A stretch of DNA of 64,000 bases, from positions 30,814,001-30,878,000 of the forward strand of contig NC_091482.1 of the NCBI RefSeq assembly GCF_036971445.1, given 5' to 3'. Both the position numbers and the translations under genes were made by a program. Source of the stretch: Narcine bancroftii (taxonomy: Eukaryota). Shown piece by piece: positions 45,400 through 57,650 of the stretch (position 1 is the stretch's first letter; every line of letters starts with the position of its first letter). The notes below the pieces were generated by a model that had not been told where the DNA came from, searched no databases, and saw only the letters and a list, made by a program, of their open reading frames with translations.

Positions 45400-47750
45400 A
45401 ACAGAAATTAGAATTAAGCAATATGTAGCGAGATCACAGCTAGCTGGAAGAATAATGGGTCATAATATTAGATGATTTCAACTTCCCTTGCATTGACTGA
45501 GCTCTCGCGGTGTAGAGGGCTTGGATGGGGTGGAATTTATTAAATCTGGATCTCTTCTTAAAAATGAGAACGAGTACGTGAAGTGTCACTCAGGAAGTAT
45601 TTTATGGCCATAAGCTTAATTTGATTTAATTACTTGTTGAGAAAGATAGGACCGGTCTGAAATTGGGGTATGGCTATTATTGGTGGCATTAGGAACTTTA
45701 CAAAGGTTTGCCACACATCTCTTTATCTGCAAACAGCATGTGGGAACTTTTAAAAGAGAGAGAGAGATCAGAGGTAGCAAGGCCAGCATGAGTAGGAACC
45801 TTGTATAACCAGAGATATTGAGGCTCTGGCTGAGAAAAAGCTGGCACATATCAGTATAGACTAGATCAAGTGAATCCATTGAGAATAGAGAATATCAGAG
45901 TGCACTTAAAAAGGAAAATCAGGAGGGCAAGAGCATGAAATGGTACTCGTGTAAATGAGAATTCAAAGAGATTCTACAAATATGTTAAAGGCCAAGTTAG
46001 AAAGACAATTGGGCCCCTTTAAAATCAGAGGTCACCTATGTGTGGGCCATAGGAGATGGATGAAGTGCTAAAGAAGTACTTCTGATTTTTGTTAGTGGAG
46101 AAGGCCAGTATATGAGAGAACGGAAGTAAATAGTAATGTCTTGAATGACAACATTATGGAAGAGAAAGTGTTGGAAGTCTTAAAAAGCATAAAGATGGAT
46201 AAATTCAGCAGGCTTGATCAGGTGTATCCTTGGGGAGCTAGGGGAGAAATTGCAGGGGACCGAGAAGAGATATTTGTATTATTGGGTGCAGATGAGCCGC
46301 TCAAAGTCCAGAGGGTGGCTAATGTTCCGCTCTTATTTAAGAAATCTTCAAGGACGAGCTAGGAAATTACTGGCCGATGAGTCTCAGGACATTCATGGGT
46401 AAGTTGCAATTCAGAGGGACAGAATCTACAAATATTTGGAAAGACTTGGACGGTTTATGAATACTCAGTATTGCTTTGTGCATTACAAAGTTGTTTGAGA
46501 TTGTTTGAAGAGGGAACCAAGAAGATTGAGGTCAAGATGGTAGATGTCCATATGAAGGCCTGGTAGCCTGATTAGAAGGTTGGATAACATGAGATTCAGG
46601 ATGAGCTGGCCAGTTGGATAACATGAGATTCAGGATGAGCTGGCCAGTTGGATAACATGAGATTCAGGATGAGCTGGCCAGTTGGATAACATGAGATTCA
46701 GGATGAGCTGGCCAGTTGGATAACATGAGATTCAGGATGAGCTGGCCAGTTGGATAACATGAGATTCAGGATGAGCTGGCCAGTTGGATAACATGAGATT
46801 CAGGATGAGCTGGCCAGTTGAATTGATGATGGTCGAAGTCAGAGGGTGGTAGTGGAGCATTGTTATTGAGATTGGAGGTCTGTAACCAGTAATGGGCTGC
46901 AGGGATTGGTAGTTGGTCTACAGTTCTTTATCATTTATATTAACAGTTTGGATGATGATGTTGTTACCATGATTAATGTATTAAAATTGGTGGCATAATA
47001 GAGAGGGAAGGTTAGCTAGGATCGCAACAGAAACGGTATGAACTGGGAAAGTGGGCTAATGAGAGGCAGGTGGAGTTTCATCTGGGTAGGTGTATGTTGT
47101 TGCATTCTGGGAGGTTAAATGTCAGAGGACTCTTGAAATCATTGATGTGTAGAGGGATCTGGTGAGGATCAGGTTCATAGATCCTTGAAAGTGGCCATGC
47201 AAGTAGGTAAGGTATTAAAGAAGGCCTATGTGTTCATTGGGTGGGACATTGAGTGTAAAAGTCAAGTTGTATCTATAACAAACTTTGGTTTGGTTGAACT
47301 TGGAGTATTCTGCATGTCCCATGACAGGGATGATGTGGAAAGTACAGAAGAAATTTGCCAGAATGTTGCTTTGTTGTATACATTTGGGCTATTTGTTGTG
47401 GAGGAGGATGGAGGCTGAGGGGAGACCTGATAAGAGTTTATAAAATTGAGAGGCATTGCTCTGTAGACACTCAATCTTTTTCCAGCATAAAATTGTCATA
47501 CACTACAGGATGTGAGTTTAGGAAGTTTGGTGGTGGAGGGTGGAGTTGAAAGGTGTGTGGGGCAAGTTTTTTTTAAACACAGAGTGATGGGTACCTGGAA
47601 TGGGCTTGCAGAGGTAATGCTGGAAGTAGATACATTAGGCTTCTGGAAAGATACATGAGCATGCAGGGAATAGAGGGATAAGTGTCTTGTGCAAGCAGCA
47701 CAATTTTAGTTTAATTTGGCATAATGTTGAGCAATTCAATATGGGCCATG
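45400..47750 (+). mobile_element. Highly degenerate CR1 LINE
   Basis: EEKVLEVLKSIKMDKFSRLDQVYP..ANVPLLFKK, RLRGDLIRVYKI and a CR1-type 3' region; boundaries approximate. Confidence 0.7.
46579..46820. repeat. 34-bp tandem repeat, ~7 copies, inside CR1
   Basis: Unit GTTGGATAACATGAGATTCAGGATGAGCTGGCCA. Confidence 0.95.
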
Positions 47751-48142
47751 GAGATGTCCTTTTTCTGATTTATGTTCATTGTACAGTATTCCCTTTTAAA
47801 AAGCCTCTTGTTTCAAATTGCTGAATACATTTAAACAGTTTCTGATACCTGCCATCTGTAACCTGTAAAATCAAGACTTCCATTTGCAAGATGGGTTTAC
47901 TGCTGCAAGTGTCCGTCCAATTCCAGGCATACAAACAATGTTTTGCAAATGTTAGTGCCATAAACTTGATTGAACTTTATTTCTTGTGATTGGTAAGTAG
48001 TGATATGAAGAATAATTGAAGGCAGGATGTACAGTTAATAAATGAATGCACTGCTACTTTTATTCAGTACTTTGGCAACAGAACATTGCAGTCTGATCCC
48101 AGAATAGGTTTTTATTGAAACAAAACCTTTTTTCTTCTTTAG

Positions 48143-48267
48143 AAATTGTAACTCCATTGTCAAAATTGTCACCTTCAACAGTGGATTCTTCTCCCTTGGA
48201 GGGTAATGGAAAGAGGAAACGGAAGATTCCTCTCCTGGCGAAACGTAAAGGGGATCCACTTACTCTG
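48143..48267 (+). CDS. POM121: POM121 exon 8
   Basis: TTTAG| ... CTG|GTTGAG; GNGKRKRKIPLLAKRKGDPLTL. Confidence 0.93.
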
Positions 48268-48501
48268 GTTGAGTATCACTGTTTGGCTTTTTTAATCCAT
48301 TCCAGTGACCATTGTATTTAAGTCAATAAATATATTTTTTAGAGCCAAAAATACTATGAATGCATTTAGTCTGAGGTTGACTCATATTGAGAAATGGCAA
48401 GTGTATTAGCATTTCTACTTTGTGATTCATCAAATACACCTGTAAGGAGCATGTGTTGTTGAATGAGATCATTGTACTTGAGTATGAAAAAATATTTCTT
48501 G

Positions 48502-49181
48502 TGTTACGAGCCCAGAGGACCCCAAAACCCAGCAGCAATAGATATTCACCAAGACAAATGGTTACTTAAACAAAAGTTGCTTTTAATTATCTTTAAACAT
48601 GAAAACAGAATCACACTTTAACTTATCACTATTGATTTAACTAACCTAACGTGTATATAATGTGTGCATAAGTTCAGAAAAGTTCTTTGGTTCGCAGTCC
48701 AATCTCACTTCTCATTCCTCCAAGTTCACTGGCTGCAAGCAATTCTTTTCAGTGCACAGAATTTGACATTTATAAAGTTCACCAGGCTTTGGTGCTTGAA
48801 AGGTAAATGGTTACCGCTCAGGAAGGTTCTTGTAGGTTTTCAGAGAGAGATTTGTTATTCCAGGACATCCACAACTAATTCCTTTTTAATCAGCCACTCC
48901 AGTGTCTTGCTGATGAAACTTGCCCCCTCAGGGTTCTCCAGATGATAACCTCTTTCTTTCAGGTCACCACAGAGTCCCTTTTTGTTTCACTTATTCCAAG
49001 TGAAACATTAGACAGTCAGTCCTCCTCTTGCATGAACCACGAGAGCTTTGACCAGGCTGAGATAAGAACCCGTCTTCCAAATGGGGTTTTCCAAAAGCTT
49101 GACAGCTTGCCCTGTTCCAGTCCCAGTTGCTGCTGCTGACTATAACACTGTAGAAGTGATCAATGTGTGTGTGTGTGTGTG

Positions 49182-49235
<54 letters not shown>

Positions 49236-49545
49236 AGAAAGCCTGTTTGACTCTCTGCTTGCAAAATCACATGACCCTCTTAGAACAGAAAGTTCCCCTT
49301 CAGACTCTCTGCGGCTCCGACAAGCTCTTTTATCTGTTGCCTTTTTGTAAACAACAATCCATTAGTGAAGTCTCTTGGGCATTCTCCAAAGCTCTTGCAA
49401 AGGCTCTGGAGCCGATATGTTAGCATTAGCAGAGCTCCAATATTTCGAATAAGATCTGTTTTAAAGTGTTTGTATGTTATTACCTACACTAACTAACCTT
49501 TCCCAATTTATCTCCCAAAAACATATCTATATATACTCTGTCACA
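48502..49545 (-). mobile_element. Solo LTR (1,044 bp), Gypsy/ERV-like, containing a (TG)n(TC)n microsatellite
   Basis: TGTTAC...GTCACA termini; exact 4-bp TSD CTTG (48498-48501 / 49546-49549); strand inferred weakly from a minus-strand ATTAAA near 48583. Confidence 0.8.
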
Positions 49546-50297
49546 CTTGTTTATTCATACACAAGGAATAACTATTTGAAATACCAATGTGTCTCTCATT
49601 TTTTTAAAACGTTGCAATGGTACCTTCTTCCTCAACCACCTCCTATGGAAACTGTTCCATAGTCTCGTAACCCTCTGTGTAAAAGGGTTACCCCTCAAAT
49701 TCCTGTTAAATCTCTCTCCCCTCAGGTTACCGATTGCCCTACTCCGGACAAAAGACTGCATTCTAGCCTATACCTTGATGAAGGGCTCAAGCCCAAAATG
49801 TCTGTTATATATCTTTATCTTTGCTATATAAAGAACAATGTTTGAACTACTGAGTTTCTCCAGCATTGTGTTTTTACTCCAACCACATTGTCGGCAGATT
49901 TTTGTGTTTTACTTTTGATAAAGCATGGACCTGCAGCTAATAAGTGAGGATGGTTTTGGGGTGGGGAAGATTGATTTGGAGAACTCCATGCTCCTTTTAT
50001 ATTTGTACTCTGTGTATTATTGGATCATTTGCATTCAACTTAATTGATTTACTATCTGCTTCCCTCAGTGCAACCTAAAATGCCAGTCTTGGTACTGAGC
50101 TTTGAACCCAGAAGTTTCTGACTCAATACTTTAGTGCTTTTCCACCAAGAAACAAAAGTGACACTTAAAAACCTGTTAAATTAGTTTTCAGCTTTGGCAT
50201 AGGTTTTAAAAAAAAAATTATGCACTTCTCTCAATTTTTGACAAAATAAATTGATATAAGATTATCTTGCTTAACTGGAAGTTTGTTTTTGCTTCAG

Positions 50298-50400
50298 CAT
50301 CCTCCAATTGAACTTGGCTACACTATTACTGCAGATGACATGGATTGTGAAAAGAGAGCACGTCTTGACAAGATTAAAAAGGTGTTACAAGAGAAAGAAG
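50298..50400 (+). CDS. POM121: POM121 exon 9
   Basis: TTCAG| ... G|GTAAGG; HPPIELGYTITADDMDCEKRARLDKIKKVLQEKE. Confidence 0.95.
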
Positions 50401-50684
50401 GTAAGGCATTATATTAATGATGTAGGTCATCTTTATCTTTCATGTTGAGTTCAGTAAGAGAACTAAATTGTTCAAATTTAATATGTTATGACTTTGTTCC
50501 TGTACTGTTATGGTCAGTTCTGTTATTGTCTTCAGTGGTTTCTGCTGTTTGCTTAAAATTATTCTAAAGATTAAGAATTTCATCAAAATAATTAAAATTA
50601 TTGTTAGAGACAATAATTTGTGAATGTTTAAACTGCTTTTTCTAGTTCCTTACCACATGCTGAGGTAAAGTTAAATGGAGTAAA

Positions 50685-52720
50685 TCACGAGAATCTGTAA
50701 AAACACAAAGTGCTGGAGAAACTCCAGACAGTGTCCTTTATGTAGCAAAGATAAAAAAATAAATTACCAACATTTCAGGCTTGAGCCCTTCAAGGTATGA
50801 GAGAATGCTGACAGTCTTCCAAGCAGAAGATAGGGGGGGGGGGGGGTGGTAAAAGCAGGAGGTGATGGGTGGAGAAAGGAGGGGGGGACAGCAGTGATCA
50901 GGGTGAGGAGGGATGGCTGGGTGGGTAAGGGGGAAGGAAGGGAAGAACTGGAAAGGGGAGGGGAAAGAAGGTGAGCAAGTTTAGCAAAAGACAGATAAGT
51001 CATTGTTAATGCCATCTGACTGGAGAGTGCCCAGATGGAAAATAGTTTTGTTCCACCAGTCTGCGAGTGTTCAGGGTGGGATAGTATATGTCCATGGGCA
51101 GACATGAGCTTGGAAATGTGACTCAGAATTGAAATGGTTGGCTACTGGGAGGTTGCTGTTGTTGCGGGCAAAGAGGAGGTGCTGAGTGAAGCGATCTCCC
51201 AGTCTGCGATCAGTTTCTCAGATGTAGAGAAGGCCACAAAGAGAGCACCGTATACAGTAAATAACTACTGTGGATGTATAAGTAGAGTTGCTTGGGGCCC
51301 CAGACTGTGGTAGGGGAGGAGGTGTGGGCGCAAATTTTGCATCTCCTGCAGCTACAGTGGAAGGTCCGGTAGTGGGGGGGGAGCTGAGATAGGTGGGGAG
51401 GGATGAGTGCACAATGGAATCATGGAGGGAGTGTTTCCTGTGGAAGGCCAAGAGGGGAAGGAAAAATTGTCTGGTGGTGGATTCCTGTAGTAAGTGCCCG
51501 AAATTCTGGCAGATAATGTGTTGGATGTGAAGGCTGGTGGGGTGGTAGGTGAGGATGAGGTAGTTTCTATGTTTGTTGCATCTGGGGGGGGGGGAGGCCA
51601 GGGCAGATGAGCAGGAAATAAATGGTGGAGAGGAAGCCACGTTTGTGGAAGAAAGCAGACATTTTGGAAGATCTGGATTAGAAGACCTCATCTTGGGAAC
51701 AGATGCGGTGGAGGCAAATTGAGAGAAGGGAATGGAATCCTAGCAGGGGACAGGGTGTGAGGATGTGTAGTCAAGGTAGTTGCGGGAGTTAGAGGGTTTG
51801 TTGTATATGTCAGTGGAAAGCTTGTCTCTCGAGATGAAGGCAGAGAGATGCAGGAAGGGGAGAGTGTTATTGGAGATGGACCAGGTGAGTTTGAGATTGG
51901 GGTGGAAGTTAGCTGCAAAGTGGATGAAGTTGACAAGCTCATGGTGGGTTCATGAGGCAGCCCTGATGTAGTCATCGATATACAGGAGGAAAGGTTGAGG
52001 GGTCTTGCTTGTGTAGGTTACAGCATAGTCCACAAAGCCCACAAACAGGCAGGCATAGTGGGTACCCATGTGGGTATTCATGGTTCCTCCTTTAATTAGG
52101 AGGAAGTGAGATGAGTTAAAGAAGTTATTTAGAGTGAGGACAAGTTTTGCCAGGTGGAGGAAGGTGGTGGTAGATGGTGACTGGTCGGGTCTTTGGTCCA
52201 GGAAGAAGCAAAATGCTTTCAGACCTTCTGTGTGGGGGATAGAGGTATAAAGGGATTGCACATCCATCGTGAAGATGAAGTGGTCCAGTTCAGGGAATCT
52301 GAAGTCATTGAGGAGAAGGAAGGAATGTGAGGTGTTGTGGATGTAGCATGTAGGTGGAGAGGGATTAGAGCAGGGGAGAAAAGATAGAGTTGAAAGTAAC
52401 AAGAAACTAGTTCGGTGGGGCAAGAGCAGGCAAAAACAATTGGTCTACCCAGATGGTTGGGTTTGTGTATCTTGGGTAGAAGGTAGAAAAGGGCAGTATG
52501 GGGTGGGAGAGAATGAAGTTGACAGCCTTGGGAGTGGGGGGGAGGTGACCAGAGGTGAAGAGGTTGAAGATGGTGTTGGAGATGGTGGCTTGATGTGTAG
52601 AGGTGGGGTCCTGTGGCAGGGGTTGATAGAAAGTGATGACTGGCCTCGACAAGGTAAAGTTGAATGAAGGCTTTCCATTCTGCTGCATTCAGCTAGCCAT
52701 TTCCGGGTGAGCCTGAATAT
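50685..52720 (-). mobile_element. Penelope-like retroelement (RT plus GIY-YIG), degenerate
   Basis: FTMDVQSLYTSIPH, MGTHYACLFVG, YIDD (PLE RT); VIYCIRCSLCGLLYI (GIY-YIG). Confidence 0.85.
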
Positions 52721-53546
52721 GAAAACGGACCCTTTGCTATGGATAATGAGGCAGCCTCGTTCTGCACTCCTTGTTTCCAACTGGGATGTCTGAAGATTAG
52801 GCAGAATGTACACCTTGGGCATTTCTTTGATTACTTGCACTCCTCTCCCCAAACCTCACTTTAGCTCAGCTCAAAGTTGGTTGAAGGTACTCAGCTTAAG
52901 GTTAAGAAACACTGCACAGTTAAAAGGAAAAGGGAAAATCCTGTTCTCCATTACCTGCACAATGTCAAGAGTGCAATAGCCTTTGAATATTTTTACTATG
53001 CCTCAGCAACAGTTGCTGCAATGTTTGCCTGCTTCGGCTGACTAGTGCCCAAAATAGTCTTGATCTGTTGTAGTACATGTTCAATTATTTTATGTCTTGT
53101 TAATTAAGTTGTGGGTCTGGAGGTATTGAACAAACTGGTTTTTGAAATGTTGTCTTTTTTGCTGGAAACATTGAAATTCAAAATAGTGAGATCTCTATTA
53201 ACAGCTTCTGTTATGTGGAAATTATTAGGATTAGTCATTTTAAATTTTGGACACCACGTGTTCAGTTATTTTGAAAGGAAAAAGGCTTTGGAGCTCTTTT
53301 TAATGTTTTTTTCAATCAAATCCCTAAGATTTAAAAAATTGGAAAATATTCATGAAGCCTAGTTAATGAGCAGAGTTCAAAATGCAATTAAATTGTAATC
53401 ACCTTCTCTAATTGATGTAATTATTTTAATGTAGCAACAATGCAGCCGTTGTCCTGTTAAAAATTGTGTGGTGTCTCCTTAAAGCAGAATGAAATTCACA
53501 ATCTTAAGTATGTTATTAAGCTTAGATTGATATTTGGTGTTAACAG

Positions 53547-53729
53547 AGCCTTCAAACTCTTCAGAGCCTGTTATTACAGCGCCTTCAGTGTCAACATTCA
53601 CTACCCCAGTAGTGGAAAGCTCTGCTGATTCAACATCTACATGCACCTCCATTTCTGCCATTGTATCTAACCCCTTGCTGGACAGTTTGAAGATGATGCA
53701 GGACCATACCAATGTGATTACCACTTCAG
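53547..53729 (+). CDS. POM121: POM121 exon 10
   Basis: AACAG| ... G|GTGCGT; contains SNPLLDSLKMMQ. Confidence 0.93.
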
Positions 53730-55402
53730 GTGCGTAATAATGGGCATATACTTACTGATCATAACGATTTTCTGTTCAGCGTGAGTTGAATGGTTAGAGA
53801 AACATATTTAAACATCTGCAGAAGAGCCGATGAGAGATACATCAGGCAGATTGAGCCAGGTGCAAGCGCAGGGAGAATTATTTTTTTCCCTGGAATGATT
53901 TAGCATAACTCGCATATGCAGGTAACACTTGGTTGCTTGAAGTCTGTTGGGTTCAAATGAATTTGGATTGTTGTATGAATTCCCAATGGACATGAACACA
54001 AAACTGGCTCTAATTTGGCACTGTGGCAGAATTCAGTGTGCATTTGGCTATGCTGTCCCAGAACTGGTTTCAATATGTTTGGAACTGTCATTGGTTAATT
54101 GTGCCTGGGGGGAAAAATTGTATTCTCAGTTCTAAATCCATTGTTGGGATTCTCTCTCTCTTATTTGCTTGCCGTTTAATTCCAATGTCTTAATTGAGTG
54201 CCATTACAAGTTATACTTGCCAAAAAGGCATTATTTTTATGGTAGTCAACATGGTTTCCAGATTTTGAGGACTATGAAAGAAATTTACTTCAAAGTAGTT
54301 GTTTTTCTCTTACAGTTTTTCAGAAAACATTTAATTGATAGCAAATTTTAAAAATGGGATCAAGGAGAGAGGGAAAACATGTGATTAATGTTAAAATGAT
54401 TGCAGGAGCACAGAGACCTTGGTAAATCTGCCCCCAGTACTTGCAGAAAATTACATTTTGTGGAAATTATCTGAAATCTTTAGTGATCCATAATTGGAAC
54501 GTGGAATGTTATTAGCAGTACTTTTTGGGAATGATCCCCTCCCGAGGAGAGAGCGTGGACAAGATTAATGAGAATCTGAGGAAGATGAAGAAATTGCATT
54601 GTGCAGAGAGACTGGAGAAAATGGCATTGTACTTATTGGAAAGTTCAAAGGATATTTGAAACCTTCAAAACCATGAAGGGGATTTTGATGCTCATTAGGG
54701 AGTAGTAATTCTCGGTGAAAATGGTGTAGATGTAAAAAAGCTAGCTAGTGAGTTATGATCTAGCATTGGAAGATTTTGATGGGAAAATGAGCAAGTACTT
54801 AAAATTGTTGTGAACTGTCCTTTGGTATCTGAGAATGCTGAAGATATTATTTTAAAATACCACTAGTTTCTCTTGCTCTGCATTGAATTGTCGAGGGTTG
54901 AATATTGAATCCAGAGTTGAGATGAAAAAGCCATTAGAACTTTCAAATTTAATTTTTAATGGTCTCCAATCTCAAAAACCTAGCATATTTGAACTTAATT
55001 TGAGTATACTCAAAATTTGTTATTCTCACTTGCAACTATGTACCTTTGAAGCAAATCTATTTTTAACAACCAAATCTATATTTAAGAAATTAGAAATTTG
55101 GATCTTGTACAGCTAACATTGAATATATGGCAGATATGTACTAGATTGCTTCCAAGTGTCAATTTTGGGTGGAAACGTAACTTAAGAAGCACTTTAATAG
55201 AATTCTTTTATCTTGAGCTGTTTGTGAAAAATAATTGGATCAATACTTGCAAATTAGATGGAACAATGTTTTTTTTAGTCTGGGGAAGGTTCATATTGAA
55301 GATAAAAAGGATGCAAAGCATTTTTGATAGTTTGGAGTTTTGAATTCATTGATTTCTTCTGGTGTATTTTCGTAAAGTAATTAATTGTTTTCCCTTTATC
55401 AG

Positions 55403-57235
55403 ATTCTGTTAATGAAATGAATCCAAGTAATACGGTTAAAACCTCAGAAGCTTCTGCAAAAACTTTCAAGGGTGAATTATTGCTTCCATCACCTACTCCT
55501 CTTCCTCCTACAACTGCCACAACAATGGCAACTGATGTTGCAGGGTTTAAACCAGTCGATGTTGTGAAATTCTCCTGTCCCTCCATTACCCAGTCACTTG
55601 TAACACCAATCAATAAGCCTGTTCCCAAAGCAATCACCACTACTACCAACTCGTGCCAGGTCTCTGTTCTGGTTAGTGCACAAGAAAGTAAACTTAGCAA
55701 AGGGCCTGAAATTAATGTGCCTCCATGTACTGGGAATTCATCTCCAAGCACAAATTTTATCCTGTCAAGCACAGTGGCTGCAATCCCAACAGGGATTAGC
55801 ACCACGGCTCCTTCATCTGTCATCATACCTGAGTTTAAACCAGTGTTTGGTCTGCCAGTGACACAGCAGGCCATTGTCACAGCAGCAACATTGAGTTCAG
55901 GAGTACCACTCACTGCACCTATAAGCTTGGCAGCACCAATAACCTCAAGCTCTGCCACCTCAATCATGCCATTCAAACCAGTGTTTGGTAATTCTGTGAC
56001 ACTGACGACTGCCGCCACCACATCTGCACCTTTTAATTTTGGGCAGTCCGTTCAAGCAACAAAGAATAATGAAGCTCCACCTCCCACAAATTCTACCAAA
56101 TCAAATGCGACTCTCTTTCAATTTGGGGCCCCCAGTGTATTAACAAATTCAAGCATTGATTCAGAAGTGAAATGTACAAAAGCTGCAATTAGTTTTGGCT
56201 TGAATGAAAATGTTGCATCAAAACCAAATATAGCTCCTACTGCGAGCAACAACCTGGCAAGCCAGCAACAATTTCAGTTTGGTTCAAACCCAACAACCAC
56301 TACTACTACTGCTGCACCAAGCACAGTGTTCCAATTTGGAAAGAGTTCTGCAGATGTCACTGCAACAGCAGCTGGGCTGTCAGCTGCTGTCTTTGGACAG
56401 TCAAAAGTAGTTCCAAGCCAGGCATCATCAAGCATTGCAACTACTTCAAATTTATTTGGTAATTTTACCCCTTCGGTGTCGACGCCTTCAACCACTTCGA
56501 GTGCTCAGCTCACACATGCATTTGGAAACTCAGGAAAGACATCCCTGTTTGGTAATTCCACAAGCACACCACCCTTTGGGGGCTTGACAACACAGCTTAA
56601 CTTTGAAAGCACAAGCAATCAGTTATTGTTTGGAGCTAATGCTACAGCAACTCAACAAACCCCAAGTAAACCCCCTGCCTTTGGCAACATTGTTACTCCC
56701 TTCAACTTTGGAGCTACACCCACCAAACCAACTTTTCAGAGTACTACTTCACAGTCTGCATTTGGAACTCCGAGCCAGCCCGTGTTTGGAAGTGCTACAG
56801 CTCAGACTGGATTTGGGTCCACTTCTACACAACCAACTTTTGGTGGCACCTCAGTGGGTTTCTCATTCGGTACAACAACCTCTTCTACTGCTGCTCCAAT
56901 GTTCAGCACTACCAAGAGTTCAGGTAGTGGTACAACTGGTTCAATCTTTGGCTCTGCACAAGGTGTTGCTTTTGGTTCCTCAAACCAGCCAGTCATAACA
57001 ACCAATGTAGTTGCCTCAAATGCAAACATAGCTACAGCTGGCTTCTTTGGTTCAAGTCAGAGTGGATTTTGTGCTTCAAACCCTTCCGTCCCATTTGCAA
57101 CTTCCACACCAACATCATCATCATCTCAAAATCTGTTTGGGCCTTCATTGACTAACCAAGGGACACAGAACCAGAGTACTCCTCAGTTCAACTTTGGAGC
57201 TGTAAACACAGTTGAGAATAAATCTGCTTTTGGAG
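55403..57235 (+). CDS. POM121: POM121 exon 11 (large Ser/Thr-rich FG-repeat exon, 1,833 nt)
   Basis: ATCAG| ... G|GTGAGT; about 26 FG dipeptides including FKPVFG, FNFG and FQFG. Confidence 0.96.
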
Positions 57236-57304
57236 GTGAGTGATCCTTTACTTGTATCTTTCCAACATGTTAAAAGTCGGTGAATTTTTCTACACAAAAG
57301 CAAT

Positions 57305-57650
57305 AGCCCATTTTCCACTGGCACCCTGTCCCAAGAATTAACTGGAAATTTACTGGGACAGGGTCCAGTGGAAAAGGAACACGGTCCAAACATCAGCGTC
57401 AAATGATGTCATTTCACGTTGGGGATTAACCGCCTCTACCCCTACTCAAATCCCCGGCGTTTGTTGACGCTGGCGTGCTGATAAAACTAGGGACAGCCGA
57501 AAGTCACCCATTTCCAGTCAAAGGTTGAACACTCCGATCCCCGGGGATGAGTGTGTTCAGTGGAAAAGCAATTAGTGTCCCCGTTAAGAGTGGCCTAGTG
57601 AAATGGACTCTGGACAGCCAATTAACTGGGATGCCAGTGGAAAAGGGGCT
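57305..57650. mobile_element. PIF/Harbinger-like MITE
   Basis: 19-bp TIRs AGCCCATTTTCCACTGGCA / TGCCAGTGGAAAAGGGGCT (1 mismatch); 3-bp flanks AAT/AAT. Confidence 0.75.

Noticed and set aside
46579-46820. 34-bp repeats of CRISPR-like length
   Set aside because: Head-to-tail with no spacers, and derived from CR1 RT sequence.
55275-56021. 248-aa Val/Ala/Gly-rich antisense ORF
   Set aside because: Antisense shadow of the Thr/Ser/Pro-rich POM121 exon 11.
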